A program made the translations under genes and the position numbers. This document shows positions 11,527-20,742 of a stretch of DNA of 64,000 bases, one piece after another. The notes under the pieces are model-generated. The model ran no database searches. It saw nothing but the letters and a program-made list of their open reading frames with translations, and had not been told where the DNA came from. The DNA comes from Lama glama. Its lineage: Eukaryota. The stretch is from positions 26,164,001-26,228,000 of the forward strand of contig CM052850.1 in the NCBI GenBank assembly GCA_028534125.1. The letters run 5' to 3'. Positions within the stretch are counted from its first letter, which is position 1, and every line of letters begins with the position of its first letter.

Positions 11527-11750
11527 CCAGCTGCCGATGGCGCTCCCGCAGCTCCCGGGGGTCAAGGTGGCGGAAGGAGTCACGGAAGTGGTGGGCCATG
11601 GCCATGTCCTCCAGGCGGTAGTGCGGAGGTGGTGTGGGGTGCGGCAGCCCATGGCTGGGGCTGTAGCGCTGGGCAGGGCTCAGGGTGCAGGGCCGTTTGC
11701 TGAGGTGGTCGAGGTGCAGTGGGTCACGGTCTGACCCGTTCTCTTTGGTC
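11527..11750 (-). CDS. CBFA2T3: CBFA2T3 exon 7 ([32 protein letters not shown]...[26 protein letters not shown])
   Basis: tag|G ACC acceptor and G|GTGAGA donor, 224 nt. Phases 2-1 fit the neighbouring exons. Confidence 0.96.
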
Positions 11751-12410
11751 CTAGTCCAACGAGCAGGCAGGGGGGCCAGTGGTCATGGGACCAGGATCCG
11801 TGGACAGAGGGGTGAGAGGGAGACGAGGGTGCAGGCAGAGAGACAGTGAGGGGAGACACAGCCAGATGAGCATCGGGAAAGATAAGAGCTGCCTGCTGGG
11901 GGCCCAGCCCCCTCCTCCCTCCTCCTCTGGGACTGGGGACCCCGCTGGGTGGGCTCCTGGGGCACAGCGGTCAGGCAAGGAGCCCGAGCCCCCCTTGAGG
12001 CAGTGGGGAGATGCCCCCCCAGTAGGGCAGGCGCCCGGCAGCAAGGGCAGCCCAGGCACTTGGGGACAACGGGCTCCCGGGCACTCGGGGAACACGACCA
12101 GCACGAAGGGAAAAGCCAGGGAATTCCTGCCAGACAGACCCCGCCCTGTCCTCCCAGCAGGCATCTGAGTCCTTGGGAGGCCTCCCCACCGCCAGACAGG
12201 GCTGCCTCTCAGCAACTCGGCCGGGCAGCGGCCTTGCAGCCAACGCTGCTTGACAGGCCCGGTGGCTGCAGCCACGCAGCACAACCGGGTTTGGACCTGC
12301 ATTCACTCAGCTTTAGACCTGGGGCGCCCACTCAGCTTTGGTACCACAGGCGGCTCTCTGGTCAGGCGGCGGGGGGGGGGGGGTGCCGGCCCCTCCCCTT
12401 CCCCAGGTAC

Positions 12411-12592
12411 CTGTCAGGTGTCCTCCTCTTGCCGTTCTCATTGACTTCCAGCAGGAGCTCTGAGGAGTCGATGGGGGAGGAGGCGCTGGCATCCAGCAGG
12501 AGCTGCTCGTGCTGGGCCAGGTACTGGGCGGGGGTCTGCTTGGCCAGGCGGGCGCAGTGCAGGAGTTCCCGCTGCAGCAGGGGCAGATTGGC
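12411..12592 (-). CDS. CBFA2T3: CBFA2T3 exon 6 ([34 protein letters not shown]...NGKRRTPDR)
   Basis: cacag|GCC acceptor and AG|GTACCT donor, 182 nt. Encodes the end of TAFH plus the basic KRR segment. Confidence 0.97.
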
Positions 12593-14084
12593 CTGTGGGG
12601 AGCGAGGGTTGACTGCTCGTGGAGGTAAGGGCATGAGGTGCTCCGAGTGAGGCAGGGAGGCTGGTGGCTGGCCTTGCTGTGTGCCTTTGGGCAAGCTGCA
12701 CAACCTCTCTGGGCCTCGAGTTCCTCCACTACAGCCTGGGAATGAGGTGGGACCAAGCCCCTCAGGGTGCACGGCGACTTGGAACCCACAGCCTGGACTC
12801 CCACGTGTGCAGACCCCACGTGTGCAGGACGAAGCGCCCGGGGCTGGCCCCTGCCCTCCCCCTTCTGCTGGCTCCCAGCCTGGCCTTGAACAGAGTGCGC
12901 TTGTGTGTCTGCACTGCTCTGAGCCGCCACGTGTGTCACCTCCGTGGTCAGACATGAAGACCAGGCTCCGCATTTGCGGTAAGGCCACACAGTACAGGAC
13001 ACAGAATGACACGTCAGGGTGGGCACAGGACTGGAACACAGAGCACTGCCTGTGACAACTGTGTGAAACCGCTGTGACCTCCGGCCTCCACCCTCACCCT
13101 GGCTCTGGGCCTCCAGTGCGCGGGGGCTGCAGGTGGGCTCCACGGTCTTCCCAGAGCCACCATGGGGGTGCGGGTTGGATGCAGGCCCAGCGGCAGGCCT
13201 CTTGGGAGAGCCAGAGTTCTAAGTATTTGTAAATAAATGCGATTCCCCAACTTTCTCATGGTGTCTCAGAGCTGCCCGGGCAGCCTGCGCCCGCCTCTGC
13301 CTCCCCAGCCCCCATGAGTGCATCCACACGGACCGACCAGGCAGCTGGGGCGTTTCTGTCAGGCAGCGCCGGCTGCCAGGCCCGTTTTTCTATTTGGATA
13401 GCTGAACAGGGGCCAGCCTGCCATCTGTCGAACACGTTAGGAGCATGAGCTGGGAAAGGAGGTCCCGGGAGGTCTGAAGACGCCATACACCCTCCTTCTC
13501 CCTCGCCAGCAGGGCGGGGGACCGCGTGGGCAACGGCTGGTCTGGGCGCTGTCAGGGCGGTGGAAACATCTGGATTCCTGGCCAGCTGAGGCCAGCTGGA
13601 AGCCGGCGCAGGGGGAGGGCTGGCCCGGTGGGGCAGCACCTCCCAGCTTCTGGAAAGCCCCAGCCCTTGGCCATGCACAGTGTTGGGATCAGGAGCGAGT
13701 TCGGGGGGCCCGGGGCCCTCAGTGGGGGGAACAGGGACCCCAGGCCAGAGAGATGGGTAGACTGTGGGGGGCTCCCCTCCCTCTGGGGCTGCAGCCCCCA
13801 TTCTGTCCCGGGGCTGGGGGTGTCCGGGTAGCATCGCCACTGAGATGCTGACAGACTGAGCAAGAGCCCCGTGGCCCCACTCCCCGTGGCCCCAACCTGA
13901 ATGGAGGTTCTGACACCGCCTCCTTCACGGATGGGAACTCAGGCCAGAGGGCAATCGGTGGCACAAACAAGCGCAGGGACGTGTCACTGGAACTGACACC
14001 CCCCTTTAACGAGGGTTTATGACATTTCCACTAGCTTTGCCACGTGCCTCCTCCATCGTTACTCAGCCTGCATGACTATGGGCC

Positions 14085-14160
14085 CTAGCTGTGCTGTGTG
14101 ACCGTGGGCAAGTTGCTTAACTTTTCTGACTTCTGTCTCTTCTGCAATTGGAGCTGAGAG
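14085..14160 (+). mobile_element. MIR fragment
   Basis: gctgtgtgaccgtgggcaagttgcttaacttttctg. Confidence 0.6.
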
Positions 14161-15252
14161 GCTCCAGCTCCTCCCACCATGGGCCAGAGGCTCCTGTGAG
14201 CCTCCCCGAGAAGGGAGGCTTCACACCCCAGGGACTGGGGGAGGGCTGAGAAGTGGAAGTTTCAGGTGCCCAAGGTCGGAGCTGGGTCTGAGCTGGAGGG
14301 CCAGCTGCAGTTCCTGCCACAAACCCTGGGAGCAGGACTGGCCACACCCCAGGAGCCCCAGGTCAGGCAGACGAATGAACTCTGTCCTTGACAGTCCTGT
14401 CGGGTGGGGTCACAGGCATGCGACCCAGCCAGCAGACCCCTCACCCGGACAGCGGTCGGGGCGCTGGCAGCCCCGTGACAGCTGCGACAGAGGCACCTGG
14501 CCATACCGGGCGTGTCCTGCCCGACGCCTCACGGGGTGTGCCTGGGGGGACAGGGGTGGGCCTGGGCGCAGGATGCGGGATGCCCCCCCACTCCTGCTCT
14601 TCAGATAAGCCAGGGCAGCTCACACGGGCGGGACGTGTGCTGCAGACGTCTGATCAGACATAAGCAGTGCATTGTGTCCCCGAAGACGGGGGCCTGGAGT
14701 CAGCAGAGCAGAAAGGAGGAGCAGGAATCGCAAACAGTGGCCAGATGGGCCCAACCCTTGGCCGGCCCAGTGTGAGCAGAGCAGGGGGTAGGCAGGAGGG
14801 CAGGGGGCTGGAGCGTAGGTGGGGGCAAGAGTAGGGCCTCCAGGAACGAGGTGTGGGCTGGGGGCACACCTCCGAAGGCTGGGGATCTTGGAGTGAGAGA
14901 GATTCCAGCCTCGGCTCCACCCCCCCCAGTGGGGACCCAAGGGCTCCCACATGCTCACCGGATTGGTGGCAGTGCCTGTGTGGGGCCCCCCAACCTCGAC
15001 AGGGCCGCTGGGGGCTCAGCCTGGGTGGCTGCCGAGGAGGCTTGCAAAGCACAGCTCGTCTGTGGAATGTCTAAACCCCGGATGACAATGCCCATCGTGA
15101 ACTGAGCTCGAGCCAGATTCTTCCACACATCGCTCCCTGCAGCCTGAGAACCTTCCCCCTTTACAGCTGCAGAAACTGACACGCATGGGTGAACTAGGTT
15201 GGCCCAGGACAACCAGGGCTAAGGGGCGGGTCAGGGCTTGACCCTGGGCACG

Positions 15253-15276
15253 TCTGGTCTGGTCTGGTCTGGTCTG
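15253..15276. repeat. (TCTGG)n pentamer microsatellite
   Basis: tctggtctggtctggtctggtctg. Confidence 0.85.
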
Positions 15277-15549
15277 TCCTCAAGACCCTCTGGAAGGCAG
15301 CCCCACCAGGGCCCCACCATGCAGGCGAGCAGGGCCCACAGCTGGAAGCATCACTTGAGCCAGGAAACAAGAGCCCCACAGGGCAGGCGTGGGTCTCCCA
15401 AGTGAGCTCTGTGGGACCCTGACCCGGGGAGGTGCACAGGCGATGGGCGCCCCTCGGAGGGGAGTGAAGGCCTGTGAAGTGCCGCTGTGGGCACGCTGGT
15501 CCAACGTCCGAGCCTGCTTGCACCTGCACCGTCCAGTTCTTGCACACAA

Positions 15550-15660
15550 GTGTTGCTCAGCACCTCATTAAAGCGCAGGTTCCGATTCAGTGGGTCTGGG
15601 CTGGGGCCTGGGAAGCTGCATTGCTCACAAGCTCTGCTGTTGCTGCCCTGGCTCACCGCC
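15550..15660. mobile_element. MER5A-like hAT-Charlie fragment
   Basis: ccgattcagtgggtctgggctggggcctgggaagctgcattgctcacaagct. Confidence 0.6.
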
Positions 15661-15799
15661 AAGTGTCGATGACAGGCCCTGGTCCTTGCTTATCTTCCGT
15701 GAGGCTCACACGGCTGCCTTTCATCTGACACCCTCTCACCCATCCGCGTGCTCACTGCCGTAAACACCCACCACTGCCTGTGCCTCCGTCTGTCCACTG

Positions 15800-16065
15800 T
15801 CCCACTCCCCTCACTCTGTCCCGGCCACACAGCCCCCTCACTGCTCCTCAAACCTGCCAGGCACACCCCTGCCTCACAGGGCCTCTGCAGACGCTGCCCT
15901 TGCTACCTGGAAGGCTCTGTTCCCTGCTATCCGCCCTCACCCTCCTCCATCCTCATCAAAAGCTCCCTCCCTGCAGCTCTGCACCCACCTCTCCAGAGTC
16001 CGTGGCAACTGTCAGCTGGCATACAGCAGGTGCTCAAAAAACAGCTGTCAAGTGGATGGGTGAAC
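15800..16065 (+). mobile_element. L2 3' end
   Basis: ctgctcctcaaacctgccaggcacacccctgcctcacagggcct...tggcatacagcaggtgctcaaaaaacagctgtcaagtggatg. Confidence 0.65.
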
Positions 16066-16304
16066 TTGGCCAGTAAGAACAGGGATGACTCTGGGAGCTC
16101 TGGGAGGACCAGGCTGGCGGCTGACTGCTCTGGTCTGGCAAGTAGTTTGCAGGAAGCGGCCCAGACAGCTCGGCACCGTTCCCCAGAAGGATGGGGAGCC
16201 TTGAGGGCCCCGGGTGGGCCGAGAGCAATGCCTGGTCCGGGCCGGCAGAGAAAAGGACTCGGGGTTCCCTGGGCCCTGCACGAGGGGAGGTAGGTCTGCC
16301 TTAC

Positions 16305-16394
16305 CTTCAGGAAGGGGATGACGAAGGGCCTCAGAGGGAAGTTGGTGGCTTCCTGGAGCTGGGCGTGGAACTCCTCGATGGTCAGTGTGGAGTT
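16305..16394 (-). CDS. CBFA2T3: CBFA2T3 exon 5 (TAFH: [30 protein letters not shown])
   Basis: ctcag|AAC acceptor and AAG|GTAAGG donor, 90 nt, phase 0-0. Confidence 0.97.
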
Positions 16395-16494
16395 CTGAGG
16401 GGAGACGACGCCTTGCTTCAGCCCAGGGAGGGCAGCGGGCCGAGGGCGGGGCGCGGCCTGGGCCCCCCGCCCCGCCCGGCCGCCAGCCACTCAC

Positions 16495-16736
16495 CACGAG
16501 CCCCAGCACCAGCGTGCGCACGCGGCCCCCGATCTCCGGGGAGATGTCGCCCCCGAACTGCTGCAGGGCGGCCAGGAAGCGCTTCAGCTTGCTCAGCTGC
16601 CGGGCCCCGCAGGCCGGGGGCAGCTGCTGCGCGGGCAGCGAGGCCGTGGGCGAGGTGGCCGGGCCATTGCTGAAGCCGTTGGGCGTGCACGGGGCGCCGT
16701 GGATGGCCGTCGGTGAGTGGCCGCTGCCGTTCATCA
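16495..16736 (-). CDS. CBFA2T3: CBFA2T3 exon 4 (MNGSGHSP...start of NHR1/[41 protein letters not shown])
   Basis: cag|TG acceptor and GTG|GTGAGT donor, 242 nt. Clear ETO-family TAFH sequence. Confidence 0.97.
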
Positions 16737-17293
16737 CTGTGGGGGGGAGGGCAGGCATGAGGACACGGCAGAGATCCCCCCGGGCCCCGTGCTGGATGTG
16801 CAACCGGGGCAGCCCCGGCAGGCGGGGCAGAGCGCAGCCCCGGCTCAGCACCCTGTGGTTGGCTCTGGGCGGCACGGCCAGGCCCTCCACGCCCAGGGGC
16901 CACCAGGGCCCCCATGCTGCCTGGTGGACACGCCTCCTGGCCAGCCTGCTGGGGCGTCCACTGTGAACAGGTGGAGGGGCTTCTCCACCACTGAGATTTG
17001 CCAGCCACTTTCCTCCTCCCAGGAGAAGTCCCTTGTCCCCCTGAAAAGGCAGGTGACCCCTCACCTCTGCCGCAATGGCCTCAAGCCATGCCCCACTGGC
17101 TGCACAGCTGCCACCACTCACATGAGGACCCCGATGCCAGGCTGACGGGGTGTGAGGTGGGGCAGGGGAACCGACCCCCCAGGACAACCGGGGCTGGATG
17201 CCGGCAGGGGAGGCACTGGGTGGCGGCTGTCTGGGGCTGCTGCACATGCGGACGTGTGTGCACCTGGCCCCAGGCGGCTGTGGGGGATGAGCC

Positions 17294-17363
17294 GGTGACC
17301 CGAGGGCCTGCGGGGAGCAGACGGCAGGGTGACCCGAGGGCCTGCGGGGAGCAGATGGCAGGG
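17294..17363. repeat. 34-bp tandem duplication, 2 copies
   Basis: GGTGACCCGAGGGCCTGCGGGGAGCAGA(C/T)GGCAG starting at 17294 and 17328. Confidence 0.9.
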
Positions 17364-17819
17364 GTCCCGGACCCGTGCTGTCAGCCCAGGACTGGCAGTT
17401 GCCAGGGCTGCTGTGAAATGTTCCTGGGGCCGAACTGTAATCCTCAGCTGAGCCTGCACCCCAGAGGCTGGGGGCGCCCTCCTGTGCCTGGCCGCCTGCC
17501 CCCACTCCCTCGGCCTCAGATCCTGCAGACAGGTCAGAGGTCGTGGGCTCCCAGGGCCCTCGGTGATGGTGGAGGGAGCTTGGACATGGGAAGGGGACTG
17601 GACGCCTCTGGGAGGCACGAGCACATCCCACAAACTCAGCGGCCACTCCAGCCTCACCCCCTCGGTGGGTGGACAGCACAGGCCCCTGCTCCAGGCGGGC
17701 TCCATGCTCCCCACCCAGCCCGTGCACGCTGGCCTGCCCACTCCACCGCCTCCTGTACATGGCACGGCCCCACGACTGCTCCAGACCCTGCTCCCTTCTG
17801 TGCTCCCTCTGCACCTGCA

Positions 17820-17972
17820 CAGCATGCCACACGCACGTGCACTCACTCACCCATGTACATGTGCACACCCACAGATGCACACGGCACACCCCTCATGCAC
17901 GCTCACATCACACACGCAGCCCCTCATGGCACACACGTGCACGCCCACACAAGGCACACGTGTGCGCACAGC
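17820..17972. repeat. Degenerate CA-rich (UG-rich in pre-mRNA) low-complexity tract
   Basis: cacacgcacgtgcactcac..cacacgtgtgcgcaca. Confidence 0.75.
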
Positions 17973-19787
17973 TCTCGCTCACTCAACTGGTCCACGAGGC
18001 CCACGTCTACCCCTCCTGCTGGGTCTGGCGTAGAGAGGGTGCGGGATCTGGGAATGCAGGACAGCTCAGAGCCGCTGCTCCCTCAGGGCCGAATTTGTCT
18101 GAGGCCCCAGCACCTCCTCGGGCCTGTGTGTGGAGAAGGGGGAGCAGGAGCCCTTTTACTCGGGAGGGGGGCCGCCAGCTAGGCTCTGGGAAGTGGCTCC
18201 TGAATGCTCGTGGTTTCCTCTGCTCATGTGCGTGGTGGGCCTGCCACTCCCGCCCTCCTGCCCTGGCTCTGGGAGGCGACCTCTGCTGACCACCTTGGCC
18301 TCGCCCAGCCTGGAAGGGTGGGAGCTGCGTGCCTGCCGTTCCCCCGGGCCTCGGCTCTCCCACGGCCCGGATGCCCGGGTCCCAGTTGCCCCCTCCGCTG
18401 CCCCTGCAGGCCTAGGGGACGCAGCACTCACTGTCTTCAGCCCGAGGGCTGCAGCATCCACCCGTGGGCTCTGGAACTGGCCCACCCTTCTGGGAACCGC
18501 AGTCTGCGGCCTGGTTGGCGCTGCCTCCCCAGACATGACCTGCACCTCCAGTTTTGATGACTGGCTTGTCCCCATTGACCCACCACCAGTGACACCTGTG
18601 AACGCCCCCCTCACTGAGCCACAGGCCATGGGGCTCGCCGTCACTGCAGATGCCACGCGGGTCCCAAGGTTGCCTCCCACCCCTTGGTTGACCCGCGCTC
18701 AGCAGACCCTCAGCAGCAGACAGACGCAGCCCTGGGCGGGAGTTGGCATCCTGGCCCAGACCAGACGTGCCTTGGGGGTGAGATGCGGGCCCTGGCCTCA
18801 GTTTCCTCATCCGCGAGCGGGCCTTGGCCTGAACCAGAGGTAGGGCTTCATTCAGGACCCCGAGGGCCAGGTGCCTGGCCCCGGATGCTCTCTGCTTATC
18901 CAGCCGCGCAGTGGCCAGAAACACTTGACCTGATTGCCTTGACATGCTGGGTGATCGCTCGTCAGTAACCGGCCCCCACTTAGCAGACGTTTGGAATTGC
19001 GACTGAAGGCCAGGGTTGGCCCCAAAACAGATGACTGCCTCTGTCTCCCAAGAAGGGACGGGCTGTGGGAGGAGAGCCCAGCATCCTCCACCGGCCTTCA
19101 GCGCAGCACTCCCTCCCCTGAAGACATGGTGCAGGTTGAAATCAGTCTGCCCCCAGGGCTGGGGGATCTTAGAAGCTCTTCCAGGACCCAGAAGAGACAC
19201 TTTGAGCTGGGATCTTCCTGCAGGAGAGTGTGCCTCGCCCCAGGGCCTCCCGTCGCCCTGGGGTGCAGAGTGAACCGGACGCAGGACGCAGGACACGACA
19301 GCCCTGTCCCTCACCCTCTCCGTGGCGGGACCGAGGGGTCCTGGGGCCAGAAGCCCCCGCTCTGGTGCTAGTTTTCTCTCATTGCTCAGCTCTAGCCGAC
19401 TCGTCAGTGGACGCTGACACGCACGCCCTGGCCAAGACTGATGACAGCCACTGGCGGTCACCCCAGACAGCCCGGGAGATGGCCCGCTGCCACGGGACCT
19501 CACCACAGCAGGGACTTCTGGTCACTCATGGCAGAGCTGGGCTGTCACTCGGGGTCTGAACCTTCCAGAGGCTTCTAAGGCGTGCCACTCCGCCTGGGCC
19601 CCCACCCGCTGGCCCCTGGCCCGGCCTCTCCGGGCTCCCTTACCAGCCTGCCCTGGGCGCCTGGTCCTCCCGGCGGCCCGCCGGCCTCGCTTGCCGTGCT
19701 CCCTCCTGCGGGCTGCCGGGCAGCCTCTGCAGCTTGCTGAAGAGACGCCGAAAATAACCCCGGCCACAAGTGCTTTCATTCCCACAA

Positions 19788-19817
19788 CAGGTGTGTTACT
19801 AAGATAGACCACACGTG
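19788..19817 (+). promoter_or_regulatory. Composite E-box-N9-GATA plus RUNX plus E-box element (candidate haematopoietic enhancer core)
   Basis: CAGGTG 19788-19793, a 9-nt spacer, GATA 19803-19806 (AGATAG), ACCACA 19808-19813, CACGTG 19812-19817. Confidence 0.55.
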
Positions 19818-20664
19818 TCCCGGCCGAGGTTTGGGGGCACACACGAGCACCCCCACGGCTCCCCCAGCCCCGGGCCTGGGCAGGGGTGGGGCTGGGCCGC
19901 CGCCCTGAAAACAGCCCCTCCCACCACCCCCTGTCCCCGCCTGGGGCCCTGGGAGTCACCATCCTCTTCACCTACACAGACCACCCAGTCCTGCCAGCAC
20001 CGCGGCTCCGAGGCTATGCCAGCCCCAGACGGAGGAAGAGGACAGAATTCACACACAGCCGCTTTGCCGCCCTCCCGCTCAGATGGAGCCCGGGGGCCGC
20101 GCGGCAGCCACACCTGGGCGGACTGGTGCACTCACGGGCCGAGCAGCGCCCCTCACAGCCATCAGCTGCGGCCGAGCGCGGCCCACCCGCTGAGCTCGCA
20201 GTGAGCGCTGGAAGCACCCGGCGGGGCCCTGGTGATTGCCCTGAGCTCCGAGTGCTACGACTTCCGTTCTAGGTGGGGGACACAGAGGCACGGGGGTGGT
20301 GCCCGTGCAAGAATGTCGTGTCTGGAAAGGAAAGAGTGGGGTCTGCCCTCAAGACAGGCTGTGGATGGACTTGCCACTGACGCTTGACCATCTCATGACT
20401 CGGGCCTGCGTGACCTGCCCTGTTTTGCACTGGGGAAGAGGAAGCTCAGAGAGGCCGTCCAGCTGCCCAAGGCTGCACAGCTGTGAGCGGCAGGACTGGG
20501 GGTGAAGGCGGGTCTGTGACTGGGGGACCCTGGCTGCGCCGCTCTCCTGGGTCTGTCCCGGACACCTGCTCCCTCAGGGAGGCGGGTAGCACCAGACCGT
20601 GGTGGGCAGCGGGTGCTGGGGGAGGGCCTCCCGGGAGGCCTGTGGTTTTTGTTATCTTACTTAC

Positions 20665-20742
20665 AAAGACAGACCATAGACCATTTTAAGCAGCCATGAA
20701 AACGGCCGTGGGGCAGAGACACCGCAGGTCCGTCCTCTTGAT
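20665..20742 (-). CDS. CBFA2T3: CBFA2T3 exon 3, in-frame cassette exon ([25 protein letters not shown])
   Basis: Acceptor tttttcttattttgcttacag|AT and donor T|GTAAGT. 78 nt. The peptide matches the MTG16a-specific segment ..[17 protein letters not shown]. Confidence 0.93.

Noticed and set aside
16048-17889. 613-aa minus-strand ORF
   Set aside because: Only 16495-16736 is real (exon 4). The rest is intronic read-through in stop-poor GC-rich DNA with low-complexity Pro/Gly/Arg composition.
18893-18912. Second E-box-half/GATA composite
   Set aside because: The GATA is GGATAA rather than WGATAR, and it has only a half E-box, so it is too weak.
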